From Antedon mediterranea (Eukaryota > Animalia > Echinodermata): 64,000 nt of DNA. The DNA lies in NCBI RefSeq assembly GCF_964355755.1, contig NC_092679.1:24163432-24227431 (forward strand), written 5' to 3'. Positions 46,101-60,300 of this stretch are shown here, one piece after another (the first letter of the stretch is position 1; each line of letters opens with the position of its first letter). The position numbers and the translations under genes are program-made. A model generated the notes under the pieces. It ran no database searches, was not told the DNA's origin, and saw nothing but the letters and a program-made list of their open reading frames with translations.

Positions 46101-49100
46101 TCAGTTTAAAAATATGAAAATACAAACATACAGTATGTTTTAAAAATTCTGTTCGGTATCATGTGTTGAAATTAATTAATTACGGCTTTGATAGTCACTT
46201 GGATATCTATAAGTTATCATCATTTATAATCAAATTCTTCAATTACCTATTTTTAATTAAGTCATATTTAGGCTGAGCATCAGGGTCTGGGTTTGGTGTG
46301 GCTTTGCACGAATCGACAAACAGAACCATATCGTTACTAAAAGTCTTCACACTCGCACCAATAAACACTTTACTTCCAAGCTCCAATTCGATTGGATACT
46401 GCCAGCTCGGGTATGGAGTAGAATAACTGCTGTCTGTATACAGCTCCATTGCGAATGTAAAGTTGTCATGTTCGCGTTTTAGGAAATCTTTTTGTGTTCC
46501 AACTGGGTCAAAACTAACGGATGAGTGACCTGCATTTTTAAGTTCACACTCGACCGTAATGCGACTGTCATCTCTCCTGTATACCGTTGAATCGCCTTCG
46601 TTTGATACGATCACTTGGTTTTGGTAAGTTGTCGAAATCAATGTCGACTAGAAAGAAAATATAAAGACATACACGATGTTGTATACAAGATGTTCTTTAA
46701 AACAACAAAAGGCCCATACAAACACTGTAAGTAAAATGTAGCAAGCGATTTAATCTCATCTCTTCCATACATTTTTATAGATTTATATTATTTGTAAAAT
46801 TAATGATATAGTCCCGTTTGGTGATATTCTGTCATTGTTCATGTGAGTATAATTCTTTTTGTTACCTTTATTGTTGTTTTGCATTGGTCGTATCTAGTAT
46901 ATAAATACAGCCAATACATTCCGTTGCGATACGTGTATCCCATCATGCCACACGTCGGGTCTATAAAGTGTGCGGTGCTATTACTTCCAAGTGAAGCCGC
47001 GTCAAGGTAAACTGTCATGTATGAATTACTGCATACAATATCTGGAAAAAGTGTTGTTAATGTAAAAGAATAGAACATAATAATAATTAATTAATGAAAA
47101 CTCATATTAGAACATGGAACCGTAAACAAAATTAACCATTTGATGTCCTTTTGTTTACCGTACCTCAATCCAACAATTGACACATACGAGTTCGTTTACT
47201 ACGTTGTTTTAAAGCAGAAATCATGAATAATTAATTATCAGTATCAAACTAACCTGTACATTCATACTGATGTAAAATCATGTCGAAATCGAAGATTTTG
47301 AATGAAGCAATGTAGCCTTTTTTTAAATGATATCTGATGTAGGCTTACAAGTTACTAAACGTTCAAACAGTGTACACATTTCCATTCTGTAAACTTACCG
47401 GTTTCTATATATTCAGGGGTTGTAATAATTGATTGAGTGGTAGGCAACACTGTACTCTGTGATTGATCTGGAAATCAAATGAAAAAAACATTAGTATAAA
47501 ACACTTGGTATTTTTGTATAAAACACTTAGTATTTTTGTATAAAACACTTAGTATTTGTATAAAACACTTAGTATTTGTATAAAACACTTATTATTTGTA
47601 TAAAACACTTAGTATTAGTATAAAACACTTAGTATTAGTATAAAACACTTATTAATTGTATAAAAACACTTATTATTTGTTAAAAAACTTAGTATTAGTA
47701 TAAAACACTTGGTATTTTTGTATAAAACACTTAGTATTTTTGTATAAAACACTTAGTATTTGTATAAAACACTTAGTATTTGTATAAAACACTTATTATT
47801 TGTATAAAACACTTATTATTTGTATACAACACTTAGTATTAGTATAAAACACTTATTATTAGTATAAAACACTTATTAATTGTATAAACACACTTATTAT
47901 TTGTTAAAAAACTTAGTATTTGTATAAAACACTTAGTATTTTCTTTTAACTTTGCTTTCTAAATCTGTCAACTATAACCCAAGTAAAACCATAATGATAC
48001 TATGGGAAAACAACATTTCATCAATGTTTTTAAACGTTATTATTTACTAGTTGACAATTATTTATGTAATTTATTTTTGTTTCTACAATATTTCATAACA
48101 AACTTCACATAACTTAGCCATGGTTATAATGTTCAAATAAGCATTCAACAACAAAAATTAAACACGAGTAAATGTATAGGCTACGATAAATTGCCGTGTT
48201 TATGTATATACCTAGACCTATATGAGGCTTTTAATATAAACACAGTGATGTAAAAGCTTGAGACATATTCAACATTATTCAAGGTTCTAAGGAATAATTT
48301 AGTCCATAATCCCGACGCGAAAAGCAATAAAAAAACTGGTATTTTATTAGTAAATTTTATTTTATTTTATTTTTATTTTATTTTATTCAATCGAAACCAA
48401 CAGCGATAATTACCGCCACTAACAGGTTTGATACAAACAAAGCCAGGACAGTTTAAAGCAGCTTGATTGGTCCTGACATTGATCAAGGGCTTCTCTCGTC
48501 CAGTGCCCACCTTGACCAGCGGTCTGAGGCAGATACTAGATACAGGGGCTGCCATAAGAGTCAGCAGTGCTGATTTCAAATGCCTAACGGGACCCCAGCT
48601 CCGTATACAGCACCCGCTATTCCTAGATGGTCTCCCATCCAAGCTCTAACCAGGCCCAACGTTGCTTAACTTCGGTGATCTGAGGAGAACCGGTGTTTCA
48701 ACGTGGTAAAGCCGTAATTATAATTACATACTGTATATTATTATATTCAATATATGATAATCCGTAAACAAATGTACTATTTATTTATGAGCTATTTAGA
48801 AGAAATAAAAGTGAACAGAGATCCATAAAAAAAAGCTATTCTGTCAGTAAACAGGTATTCGTTTGTTGCACTCAAATAGAAATATTAATTTGTTTATCAA
48901 TCGTGTATCAGAATGGTTATATTTGTATACCTCCCTGGTTAAACCAAGCCAATATAACAACAGAATGTTGAGCTTCGTTAGTTCAAAGTGTGTATGTGTG
49001 GTTGCTACACGATCTGTTGCACGCCCCTAAACTTTTGATTGATTTCCGATTGGTCAATTGGCTTTCTCAAATGTTTGGTTGTATAATGATAATGATGAAT

Positions 49101-52100
49101 AATGTACACAATTTGTCGCAGCCAATCATAAGATCAAAGTTTATTTATTTATTTATTATCATCTTTACTGAGGGTAGCCTATCCAGTTCCTAATGGAACT
49201 GATCATTTAGGGCCCTCGAAGTATTGTAATAATGCCCTATATTGGCAAGGCGAGCTCAGTATCATAATATTTTTACTACGTTTGTGTAAATTGTAACAGA
49301 GTAAATGAAAAATAAAGTTACCACTTGTTGTTTCTATGTTGTTTGATGTTGTAGCCCATTTAGTAGAAACCAAGACGGTAGTAGAATCTTTATAGACGAG
49401 AAAAACGAGAAAATGGAAAACTCTTCACGTAGTTAAACTTAAATACTTGGAATTATTTATTGGACATGAACGTTATTTTGTCTTTAGTGACATCACCGAG
49501 AGAGACAAGTAGTTGATGTCAATGACGACATCATGCCACACGTGGATCGATGAAATGTGCAGAGCTCACGTCAATGCGTCAATGTAAGCTGTCATGTAAG
49601 AATTACTGCATACAACATTATATTACAGCAGTTTAAAACAGGGAGTTGTACTCCCTGGTTTAAAACATTACATTAAGGAATGTTTGACTTACCTGTTGTT
49701 CTTGACCAATCAGTTTTCGAAACGGTATAACCGGTAGTAGTGACGTCAGGTACAACTACACACAAACAGTTGAATTAGATATCATAAATCAAAGCAATGA
49801 TGGGGAAGAAAGAGAGAAAGTATTTTAAGAGATATATAATTTTAATATCAAAGAAGTTAATGCCAGATAACTTGTATTGCAGATATGATCGAGTTGATAT
49901 CATATATCTATTTTACAGTTTAAAATTATATTTTGAACACAAATGTTTAAAATTGGCAGGCAATCTATTTATTTTAGTGCAATTCACAAAATTTACATAA
50001 TTCATTTCGAAAAGAAGCTTCCTCTTCAGTTTGCAAAAGTAATCTCAAAAAGACAAAGTAATCTTGAAGAAAACCATCTTGAAAAGAATGCCACCCAAGA
50101 GCACTAAAAAAGAATCCTATGGGCTTCTTTTTGAGGTTTTACGGTACCGAATATAAAATATGTTGTTAAAAAGCCATTTAAACTGTGTGTATGTTTATTG
50201 TTCTAATTGGTATGATACATGTTATAACTAACAGTACATGGACAAATAATATTGAACAAAACTTACCAGGATAATCAGAGCATGCGCCCTCGCTAATATA
50301 AACATCGTCGACAGCAACTATTGCTGTATCACCGGTGTCACCATATACTCTACCGTCAATTCTCAATAAAGAATTAAATCTATTCACAAGGTTAACAGTA
50401 ACACTTGCAGATTTCCATCCTGGAATGTTGTCATGATATTTGTTGAAAATGCTGGTGGAATAGTAGTTGTTATAATATTGATCGATGTAAATGTATTGGT
50501 ATGAATTTCCACTCATATAGTAATGAAACCTGGCACACGCTTCTTCCCACCTGTCTGGTAGATATGGGCTTTTAATGTAGCCAAATTTGTATCCATTTTC
50601 ACCATTGTCTTTTCCAACATAAATGTAATAATCATCTGAAAATATTTATAAATTAAATGAATATGTAAAATGGTTTCAGTGATTTTTTAATTTCGAGTTA
50701 TATTTAGTTATTATTCTTTATTTTTGACATTTGCTTTACTAAGGTATTATACATAAGTAAATTTCGAACAATAATTACATTCTGAAAATAGCTTATCTTG
50801 GTCAATGAGTGTTAGCATCCAGCAAAGAAACTGATAAAGAAGTTAAAGCTAATTAGGTACTAATTTCTAATTTTCAAGAAATACTTTATATAGGCCTATA
50901 CGCATGCGTATAAACCAATGCTTTCGATCTATTCTATTTTTCAGAATATATAATGATATTTCTATTTCCATTAAAAATAATAATATTTAAATTTCTTATT
51001 AATAAACACAATTATGTAGTTAAAAAAATGTGCATTTAATTGAAACGGTATAATAATTTCTAACATAAATACCAAAAGTCTAATCTATATATCACTTTTA
51101 TTCAATTCAATAACATCTATGTAACATCTCGTGGCCAAAGGCCAAATTGCTAGTTACAAATTACATAAAAATTGTACCTATTAAAATTAAACATCCACAG
51201 AGACATAAAAATGTATAAAATAGAAAACAGAATAAAAAAAAAGAATCTGATCACTTTACAATATCATGCAGTAAGCATTTATAACATCTCAGAAAACATT
51301 ACTTGATAATTTATTTATTCATCAGATTAATCTTGTTACCTGATCCTGAATAACGGTTTCCTAAATCGTCAACATTATAATTTCTTTCTGAGGATCTTGT
51401 CCATAGATTGTCACTATAATGAGTCCATCCAGAAAATCCATTGTTGAAATCAGAACAAAAACCATCTGAGAATAGAATGAATTTATAGGAAAATGTCAAA
51501 GCGTAAGAATTCAAATTGCTTCATTCTTGTTTTGTCCGCGTAGGCTCATAATCCCAAAACGGCGATATTACCAATATACATACAGAATAATAAGGCATAA
51601 TGAAAACTAATTAAATTGAATTCACCAAGTTTATGTTTTACCAAATGTACGAAAAACAATGATTTAAATGTTAAAACGTTCAATTAAAATGTAGGTATTC
51701 TTTGTTCAAAATGATTTCCTTATTCATAGGATTCTCTATATCTCCACATTATGGCATTACCTAGCCGTATCATAGGCAAATTATGTAAAACAGTGCCTGT
51801 GTTATGTTAAGGTTAGGGTACAAGATGTCATAAGTTATATGTGACAATGTATTACAGAATTAGCTATGATACAGTACTACTGTGCAAATTATTAATACAG
51901 TGAATCGGTTACTTTATTATTAGTGTATTAGTTTAAGAAAAAGGAGTGATGTGACTACGAGTCACCTTACAAAAATTAAATGTTATAATAAACGATCGTT
52001 TAATAGTGCGTACTATTGCAAGCTATGTGACCCACATTCGTCCAATCAAATGACAGGAATTTATTTAGGTGTTATATATAATACGGTATATCTTATAACT

Positions 52101-54377
52101 ATATGATTCCTACCTGGAGCGTCAGGGTAGACAGATACTTTAGCCTGAAATCCTCTATACATCGCACTGCTATCTGTACTGAAAACTACTGTTATTGCGT
52201 TAATAGTTGATATGGTTTTTGGCGGCGTATTAGAACCGCCGAATCTACCAATCATGTCTCCATCACTGTATATAGTTACATAGTCGCAGCATCCTTCAAG
52301 ATCAAAATCGTAGAATTCAACAGACAGCAAACTTCTGACGTGAGTAGTGAATGTCCATTCGATGTACTGGTTGTTTCCATATTGATTTGGATATCCAGGA
52401 GATGATAGGAATTGAGTATCATTCCCACAGAGAAATGGTTTTGTTTCTAAAGAAGGTGCTGAGAAACATTTTTTAATATATTGATTAATTCAAAGGAAGA
52501 CACCTTCGGGAGCCACAACAAGTATCTCCTTAATAGGGGTGTCCCCTGAATAGAAGTCAGGGGACACCCTTATTAAGGGATGTAGGCCTTTTCGCGGAAA
52601 AAACAAACAAACAAATATACCAAAATTAACAATAATTGATTGACACAAGAAATTGTCCCAAAATAAGTTTCCCCGTTCTATTAGTGTTAAAACATATATT
52701 GGCCCTCAATTTTGGGAATGTATCCACGAAGCGTTTAACAAAAGAAAGAATGCAAATAGTACATTTATGCGATAAATTGCCGTGTTCGTGTGTAAATACG
52801 GTATATTTTACCACTATGCTAAATGAGAATTTAATATAAAACCGTGATTCAACAGCCAGCTAGCGCCGGCATATTCAACTGTATTAAGTGTCTGAGGAAT
52901 AATTAAGTTCATAGGCCCTATATCTACTGCAAAAAGATAAAGTTAAAAAATAAGTTATTATATTTATCATTAAATTATAATTATATATTAAAATCTCGGT
53001 TGGGACGACTCATTGTCACAGTACAGGTTTCCTAAAATTATTCCTTGAATTCTATGAAATAAAAATTGGTATATACTTATTTTAAGAAGAATATTTCTTG
53101 AAACAAGAATTCTCTAAAATAGAATTTTTATTTAATTTAAGAAAAATATTGCTTGAAGTAAATATATTTTTACTTGAGCATCTGGGGTATTCTTGGTAAG
53201 AGTAGTATTTAGTACTGATTTCAGACAAAAATATAAAAATTATATACTGCTCAAAACAAGAATGTCTTAATTGAATAAAAAAACATTCACATATCTTGGT
53301 AATAATAATTATTGTTTTGAGAATTGTTATTTCTTACTACGAATTATTTTCCTGATTACAATTTTTTAGATTCTTGGTAAGAATTGTCGGATTCTAAATT
53401 TGTAAGTTAAAAAAGTCTTTTTATTCATTGGGGAAAAATAATATTAACAATACTTACATTGTACTTGTAAACTAGTTGTTCCTTGTTCTTGACCATCACT
53501 AGTAGAGAATACTGCACACAGATACGACATAGCATCCTCTTTAGTGACATTATGAATTATTAAACCAGCTTTACCCTGGAAAGTATCAGCAACCTGGAGC
53601 TCCATACGTGGTTTGAATTCAGGAGTCACTTCACTTCGTACTACCAAATTAGTAATTTCGCTTTCATTGACTCGAGTCCACGAGATATCAACCCCCGTCG
53701 CACTGGTTGGCGTGTAGTCGCATGCCAGTAACGCGTCTGAATTCTCGGGAAATACTTGCACATCACTTATTGTGATCTCTAGTGCAGCAGTCATAGGCAC
53801 TATGGTAAATAAAGAAAATAAAATATTGATATTCAATTTCATGACAATATCAATTTTGAAATTCAATTCGTCATTATTAAAATACTACCGAACTTACCAA
53901 ATGTCCCACTGTATAATATGTGTTTATATATAAATCCAAAGGCAAATTACTGAAAAATGACAATGCTGTGGGTATCAATGGCTGGATCTCAATAGAGATA
54001 CAAAAAAAATGGCGAAAAGCTAAATCAAAACGTATACACAACTATGTAGATTTCATGAAGAAATTATTCGCTTTATCGCCAGTAATAACATGGTTGTCTT
54101 GTATCAACAAATATGTTTTTGATATTTTAGTGTATTAATTGTGTTTGTATAATATATACATTTTATACAGTGGCACATTTGGCAAGTTCGGTAGTATTTT
54201 AATAGTTCGAAATTAAAACAGTAAACACAAGTTAATTAAAAAGAAAAGTATAGTTAAAACATACAACAAAAATCTAAAATAATATTAAAAACGCTTGCTT
54301 ATAAATACATATTGTAAACATTTCTTACCTGTGGCATAGGACACACAGTACAACAAAAGCAGCGTACTGTAACACAT
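43171..54377 (-). CDS. Ig-CUB-MAM-(S/T-rich)-ZP domain type I membrane protein, about 820 aa, 13 coding exons
   Basis: Exons 54377-54329 (signal peptide), 53799-53458 (V-type Ig), 52458-52114 (CUB: SSPGYPNQY, DLEGCCDYV, FSTDSS, RGF), 51465-51340 and 50635-50267 (MAM: CARFHYYMSG, VAVDDVYISEGAC), 49755-49693, 49387-49322 and 47467-47399 (T-rich), 47041-46866, 46647-46247, 45561-45453 and 43918-43732 (ZP, furin site RQRR, ELGPLVL patch), 43331-43171 (TM plus YQKL tail). Phases are consistent and the total is 2463 nt. Confidence 0.9.
44281..44813. mobile_element. Kolobok-type MITE (TTAA TSD)
   Basis: TTAA-AGATGTCCCTTG ... CAAAGGGACAATACATCT-TTAA; shares termini with 45796-46089. Confidence 0.7.
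45796..46089. mobile_element. Kolobok-type MITE (TTAA TSD)
   Basis: TTAA-AGATGTATTGTCCCC ... GGGGAACAATACATCT-TTAA. Confidence 0.75.
47491..47941. repeat. 19-22-bp minisatellite (GTATAAAACACTTAGTATTT) with a ~205-bp higher-order duplication
   Basis: Variant order in 47491-47695 is repeated from ~47696. Confidence 0.92.
48353..48719 (-). mobile_element. 5S rRNA-derived SINE (SINE3-type): 5S head ~48719-48606, unique body, (TAAAA)n tail
   Basis: Minus strand TACGGCTTTACCACGTTGAAACACCGGTTCTCCTCAGATCACCGAAGTTAAGCAACGTTGGGCCTGGTTAGAGCTTGGATGGGAGACC...GGTGCTGTA is a diverged 5S rRNA. It has no terminator and reads on into a ~220-bp body and an A-rich tail. Confidence 0.88.
49528..49617 (-). pseudogene. 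Degenerate duplicate (pseudo-exon) of the ZP-N exon
   Basis: VVCSNSYMTAYIDA...SAHFIDP..CGMM versus the functional IVCSNSYMTVYLDA...TAHFIDPTCGMM (47041-46866); contains indels. Confidence 0.75.
53875..54204. mobile_element. MITE with ~45-bp TIRs carrying a nested family B Penelope pLTR fragment (~53932-54032)
   Basis: TATTAAAATACTACCGAACTTACCAAATGTCCCACTGTATAA ... TTATACAGTGGCACATTTGGCAAGTTCGGTAGTATTTTAATA. Confidence 0.8.
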
Positions 54378-57300
54378 TTCTTACCTGTGGCATAGGACAC
54401 ACAGTACAACAAAAGCAGCGTACTGTAACACATTTCTTACCTGTGGCATAGGACACACAGTACAACAAAAGCAGCGTACTGTAACACATTTCTTACCTGT
54501 GGCATAGGACACACAGTACAACAAAAGCAGCGTACTGTAACACATTTCTTACCTGTGGCATAGGACACACAGTACAACAAAAGCAGCGTACTGTAACACA
54601 TTTCTTACCTGTGGCATAGGACACACAGTACAACAAAAGCAGCGTACTGTAACACATTTCTTACCTGTGGCATAGGACACACAGTACAGCAAAAGCAGCG
54701 TACTGTAACACATTTCTTACCTGTGGCATAGGACACACAGTACAACAAAAGCAGCGTACTGTAACACATTTCTTACCTGTGGCATAGGCTACACAGTACA
54801 ACAAAAGCAGCGTACTGTAACACATTTCTTACCTGTGGCATAGGACACACAGTACAACAAAAGCAGCGTACTGTAACACATTTCTTACCTGTGGCATAGG
54901 ACACACAGTACAGCAAAAGCAGCGTACTGTAACACATTTCTTACCTGTGGCATAGGACACACAGTACAACAAAAGCAGCGTACTGTAACACATTTCTTAC
55001 CTGTGGCATAGGACACACAGTACAGCAAAAGCAGCGTACTGTAACACATTTCTTACCTGTGGCATAGGACACACAGTACAACAAAAGCAGCGTACTGTAA
55101 CACATTTCTTACCTGTGGCATAGGCTACACAGTACAACAAAAGCAGCGTACTGTAACACATTTCTTACCTGTGGCATAGGACACACAGTACAACAAAAGC
55201 AGCGTACTGTAACACATTTCTTACCTGTGGCATAGGACACACAGTACAACAAAAGCAGCGTACTGTAACACATTTCTTACCTGTGGCATAGGACACACAG
55301 TACAACAAAAGCAGCGCACTGTAACACATTTCTTACCTGTGGCATAGGACACACAGTACAGCAAAAGCAGCGTACTGTAACACATTTCTTACCTGTGGCA
55401 TAGGACACACAGTACAACAAAAGCAGCGTACTGTAACACATTTCTTACCTGTGGCATAGGACACACAGTACAACAAAAGCAGCGTACTGTAACACATTTC
55501 TTACCTGTGGCATAGGACACACAGTACAACAAAAGCAGCGTACTGTAACACATTTCTTACCTGTGGCATAGGACACACAGTACAGCAAAAGCAGCGTACT
55601 GTAACACATTTCTTACCTGTGGCATAGGACACACAGTACAGCAAAAGCAGCGTACTGTAACACATTTCTTACCTGTGGCATAGGACACACAGTACAACAA
55701 AAGCAGCGTACTGTAACACATTTCTTACCTGTGGCATAGGACACACAGTACAACAAAAGCAGCGTACTGTAACACATTTCTTACCTGTGGCATAGGACAC
55801 ACAGTACAACAAAAGCAGCGTACTGTAACACATTTCTTACCTGTGGCATAGGACACACAGTACAACAAAAGCAGCGTACTGTAACACATTTCTTACCTGT
55901 GGCATAGGACACACAGTACAACAAAAGCAGCGTACTGTAACACATTTCTTACCTGTGGCATAGGACACACAGTACAGCAAAAGCAGCGTACTGTAACACA
56001 TTTCTTACCTGTGGCATAGGACACACAGTACAACAAAAGCAGCGTACTGTAACACATTTCTTACCTGTGGCATAGGACACACAGTACAACAAAAGCAGCA
56101 TACTGTAACACATTTCTTACCTGTGGCATAGGACACACAGTACAACAAAAGCAGCGTACTGTAACACATTTCTTACCTGTGGCATAGGACACACAGTACA
56201 ACAAAAGCAGCGTACTGTAACACATTTCTTACCTGTGGCATAGGACACACAGTACAACAAAAGCAGCGTACTGTAACATATTTCTTACCTGTGGCATAGG
56301 ACACACAGTACAACAAAAGCAGCGTACTGTAACACATTTCTTACCTGTGGCATAGGACACACAGTACAACAAAAGCAGCGTACTGTAACACATTTCTTAC
56401 CTGTGGCATAGGACACACAGTACAACAAAAGCAGCGTACTGTAACACATTTCTTACCTGTGGCATAGGACACACAGTACAACAAAAGCAGCGTACTGTAA
56501 CGCATTTCTTACCTGTGGCATAGGACACACAGTACAACAAAAGCAGCGCACTGTAACACATTTCTCACCTGTGGCATAGGACACACAGTACAGCAAAAGC
56601 AGCGCACTGTAACACATTTCTCACCTGTGGCATAGGACACACAGTACAACAAAAGCAGCGTACTGTAACACATTTCTTACCTGTGGCATAGGACACACAG
56701 TACAGCAAAAGCAGCGTACTGTAACACATTTCTTACCTGTGGCATAGGACACACAGTACAACAAAAGCAGCGTACTGTAACACATTTCTTACCTGTGGCA
56801 TAGGACACACAGTACAACAAAAGCAGCGCACTGTAACACATTTCTTACCTGTGGCATAGGACACACAGTACAACAAAAGCAGCGTACTGTAACACATTTC
56901 TTACCTGTGGCATAGGACACACAGTACAACAAAAGCAGCGCACTGTAACACATTTCTTACCTGTGGCATAGGACACACAGTACAACAAAAGCAGCGTACT
57001 GTAACACATTTCTTACCTGTGGCATAGGACACACAGTACAACAAAAGCAGCGTACTGTAACATATTTCTTACCTGTGGCATAGGACACACAGTACAGCAA
57101 AAGCAGCGTACTGTAACACATTTCTTACCTGTGGCATAGGACACACAGTACAACAAAAGCAGCGTACTGTAACACATTTCTTACCTGTGGCATAGGACAC
57201 ACAGTACAACAAAAGCAGCGTACTGTAACACATTTCTTACCTGTGGCATAGGACACACAGTACAACAAAAGCAGCGTACTGTAACACATTTCTTACCTGT

Positions 57301-60300
57301 GGCATAGGACACACAGTACAACAAAAGCAGCGTACTGTAACACATTTCTTACCTGTGGCATAGGACACACAGTACAACAAAAGCAGCGCACTGTAACACA
57401 TTTCTTACCTGTGGCATAGGACACACAGTACAACAAAAGCAGCGCACTGTAACACATTTCTTACCTGTGGCATAGGACACACAGTACAACAAAAGCAGCG
57501 TACTGTAACACATTTCTTACCTGTGGCATAGGACACACAGTACAACAAAAGCAGCGTACTGTAACACATTTCTCACCTGTGGCATAGGACACACAGTACA
57601 GCAAAAGCAGCGTACTGTAACACATTTCTCACCTGTGGCATAGGACACACAGTACAACAAAAGCAGCGTACTGTAACACATTTCTTACCTATGGCATAGG
57701 ACACACAGTACAACAAAAGCAGCGTACTGTAACACATTTCTTACCTGTGGCATAGGACACACAGTACAACAAAAGCAGCGTACTGTAACACATTTCTTAC
57801 CTGTGGCATAGGACACACAGTACAACAAAAGCAGCGTACTGTAACACATTTCTTACCTGTGGCATAGGACACACAGTACCGCAAAAGCAGCGTACTGTAA
57901 CACATTTCTTACCTGTGGCATAGGACACACAGTACAACAAAAGCAGCGTACTGTAACACATTTCTTACCTGTGGCATAGGACACACAGTACAACAAAAGC
58001 AGCGTACTGTAACACATTTCTTACCTGTGGCATAGGACACACAGTACAACAAAAGCAGCGTACTGTAACACATTTCTTACCTGTGGCATAGGACACACAG
58101 TACAGCAAAAGCAGCGTACTGTAACACATTTCTTACCTGTGGCATAGGACACACAGTACAACAAAAGCAGCGTACTGTAACACATTTCTTACCTGTGGCA
58201 TAGGACACACAGTACAACAAAAGCAGCGTACTGTAACACATTTCTTACCTGTGGCATAGGACACACAGTACAACAAAAGCAGCGTACTGTAACACATTTC
58301 TTACCTGTGGCATAGGACACACAGTACAACAAAAGCAGCGTACTGTAACACATTTCTTACCTGTGGCATAGGACACACAGTACAGCAAAAGCAGCGTACT
58401 GTAACACATTTCTTACCTGTGGCATAGGACACACAGTACAACAAAAGCAGCGTACTGTAACACATTTCTTACCTGTGGCATAGGACACACAGTACAACAA
58501 AAGCAGCGTACTGTAACATATTTCTTACCTGTGGCATAGGACACACAGTACAACAAAAGCAGCGTACTGTAACACATTTCTTACCTGTGGCATAGGACAC
58601 ACAGTACAACAAAAGCAGCGTACTGTAACACATTTCTTACCTGTGGCATAGGACACACAGTACAACAAAAGCAGCGTACTGTAACACATTTCTTACCTGT
58701 GGCATAGGCTACACAGTACAACAAAAGCAGCGTACTGTAACATATTTCTTACCTGTGGCATAGGCTACACAGTACAACAAAAGCAGCGTACTGTAACATA
58801 TTTCTTACCTGTGGCATAGGACACACAGTACAACAAAAGCAGCGTACTGTAACATATTTCTTACCTGTGGCATAGGACACACAGTACAACAAAAGCAGCG
58901 TACTGTAACACATTTCTTACCTGTGGCATAGGACACACAGTACAACAAAAGCAGCGTACTGTAACACATTTCTCACCTGTGGCATAGGACACACAGTACA
59001 ACAAAAGCAGCGTACTGTAACACATTTCTCACCTGTGGCATAGGACACACAGTACAACAAAAGCAGCGTACTGTAACACATTTCTTACCTGTGGCATAGG
59101 ACACACAGTACAACAAAAGCAGCGCACTGTAACACAATTCTCACCTGTGGCATAGGACACACAGTACAGCAAAAGCAGCGCACTGTAACACATTTCTTAC
59201 CTGTGGCATAGGACACACAGTACAACAAAAGCAGCGTACTGTAACACATTTCTTACCTGTGGCATAGGACACACAGTACAACAAAAGCAGCGCACTGTAA
59301 CACATTTCTTACCTGTGGCATAGGACACACAGTACAACAAAAGCAGCGCACTGTAACACATTTCTTACCTGTGGCATAGGACACACAGTACAGCAAAAGC
59401 AGCGTACTGTAACACATTTCTTACCTGTGGCATAGGACACACAGTACAACAAAAGCAGCGTACTGTAACACATTTCTTACCTGTGGCATAGGACACACAG
59501 TACAACAAAAGCAGCGTACTGTAACACATTTCTTACCTGTGGCATAGGACACACAGTACAACAAAAGCAGCGCACTGTAACACATTTCTCACCTGTGGCA
59601 TAGGACACACAGTACAACAAAAGCAGCGCACTGTAACACATTTCTCACCTGTGGCATAGGACACACAGTACAACAAAAGCAGCGTACTGTAACACATTTC
59701 TTACCTGTGGCATAGGACACACAGTACAACAAAAGCAGCGTACTGTAACACATTTCTTACCTGTGGCATAGGACACACAGTACAACAAAAGCAGCGTACT
59801 GTAACACATTTCTTACCTGTGGCATAGGACACACAGTACAACAAAAGCAGCGTACTGTAACACATTTCTTACCTGTGGCATAGGACACACAGTACAACAA
59901 AAGCAGCGTACTGTAACACATTTCTTACCTGTGGCATAGGACACACAGTACAACAAAAGCAGCGTACTGTAACACATTTCTTACCTGTGGCATAGGACAC
60001 ACAGTACAGCAAAAGCAGCGTACTGTAACACATTTCTTACCTGTGGCATAGGACACACAGTACAGCAAAAGCAGCGTACTGTAACACATTTCTTACCTGT
60101 GGCATAGGACACACAGTACAACAAAAGCAGCGTACTGTAACACATTTCTTACCTGTGGCATAGGACACACAGTACAGCAAAAGCAGCGTACTGTAACACA
60201 TTTCTTACCTGTGGCATAGGACACACAGTACAACAAAAGCAGCGTACTGTAACACATTTCTTACCTGTGGCATAGGACACACAGTACAACAAAAGCAGCG

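Noticed and set aside
48606-48719. Functional 5S rRNA gene
   Set aside because: Multiple substitutions, no T-run terminator, and continuation into a SINE body and tail.
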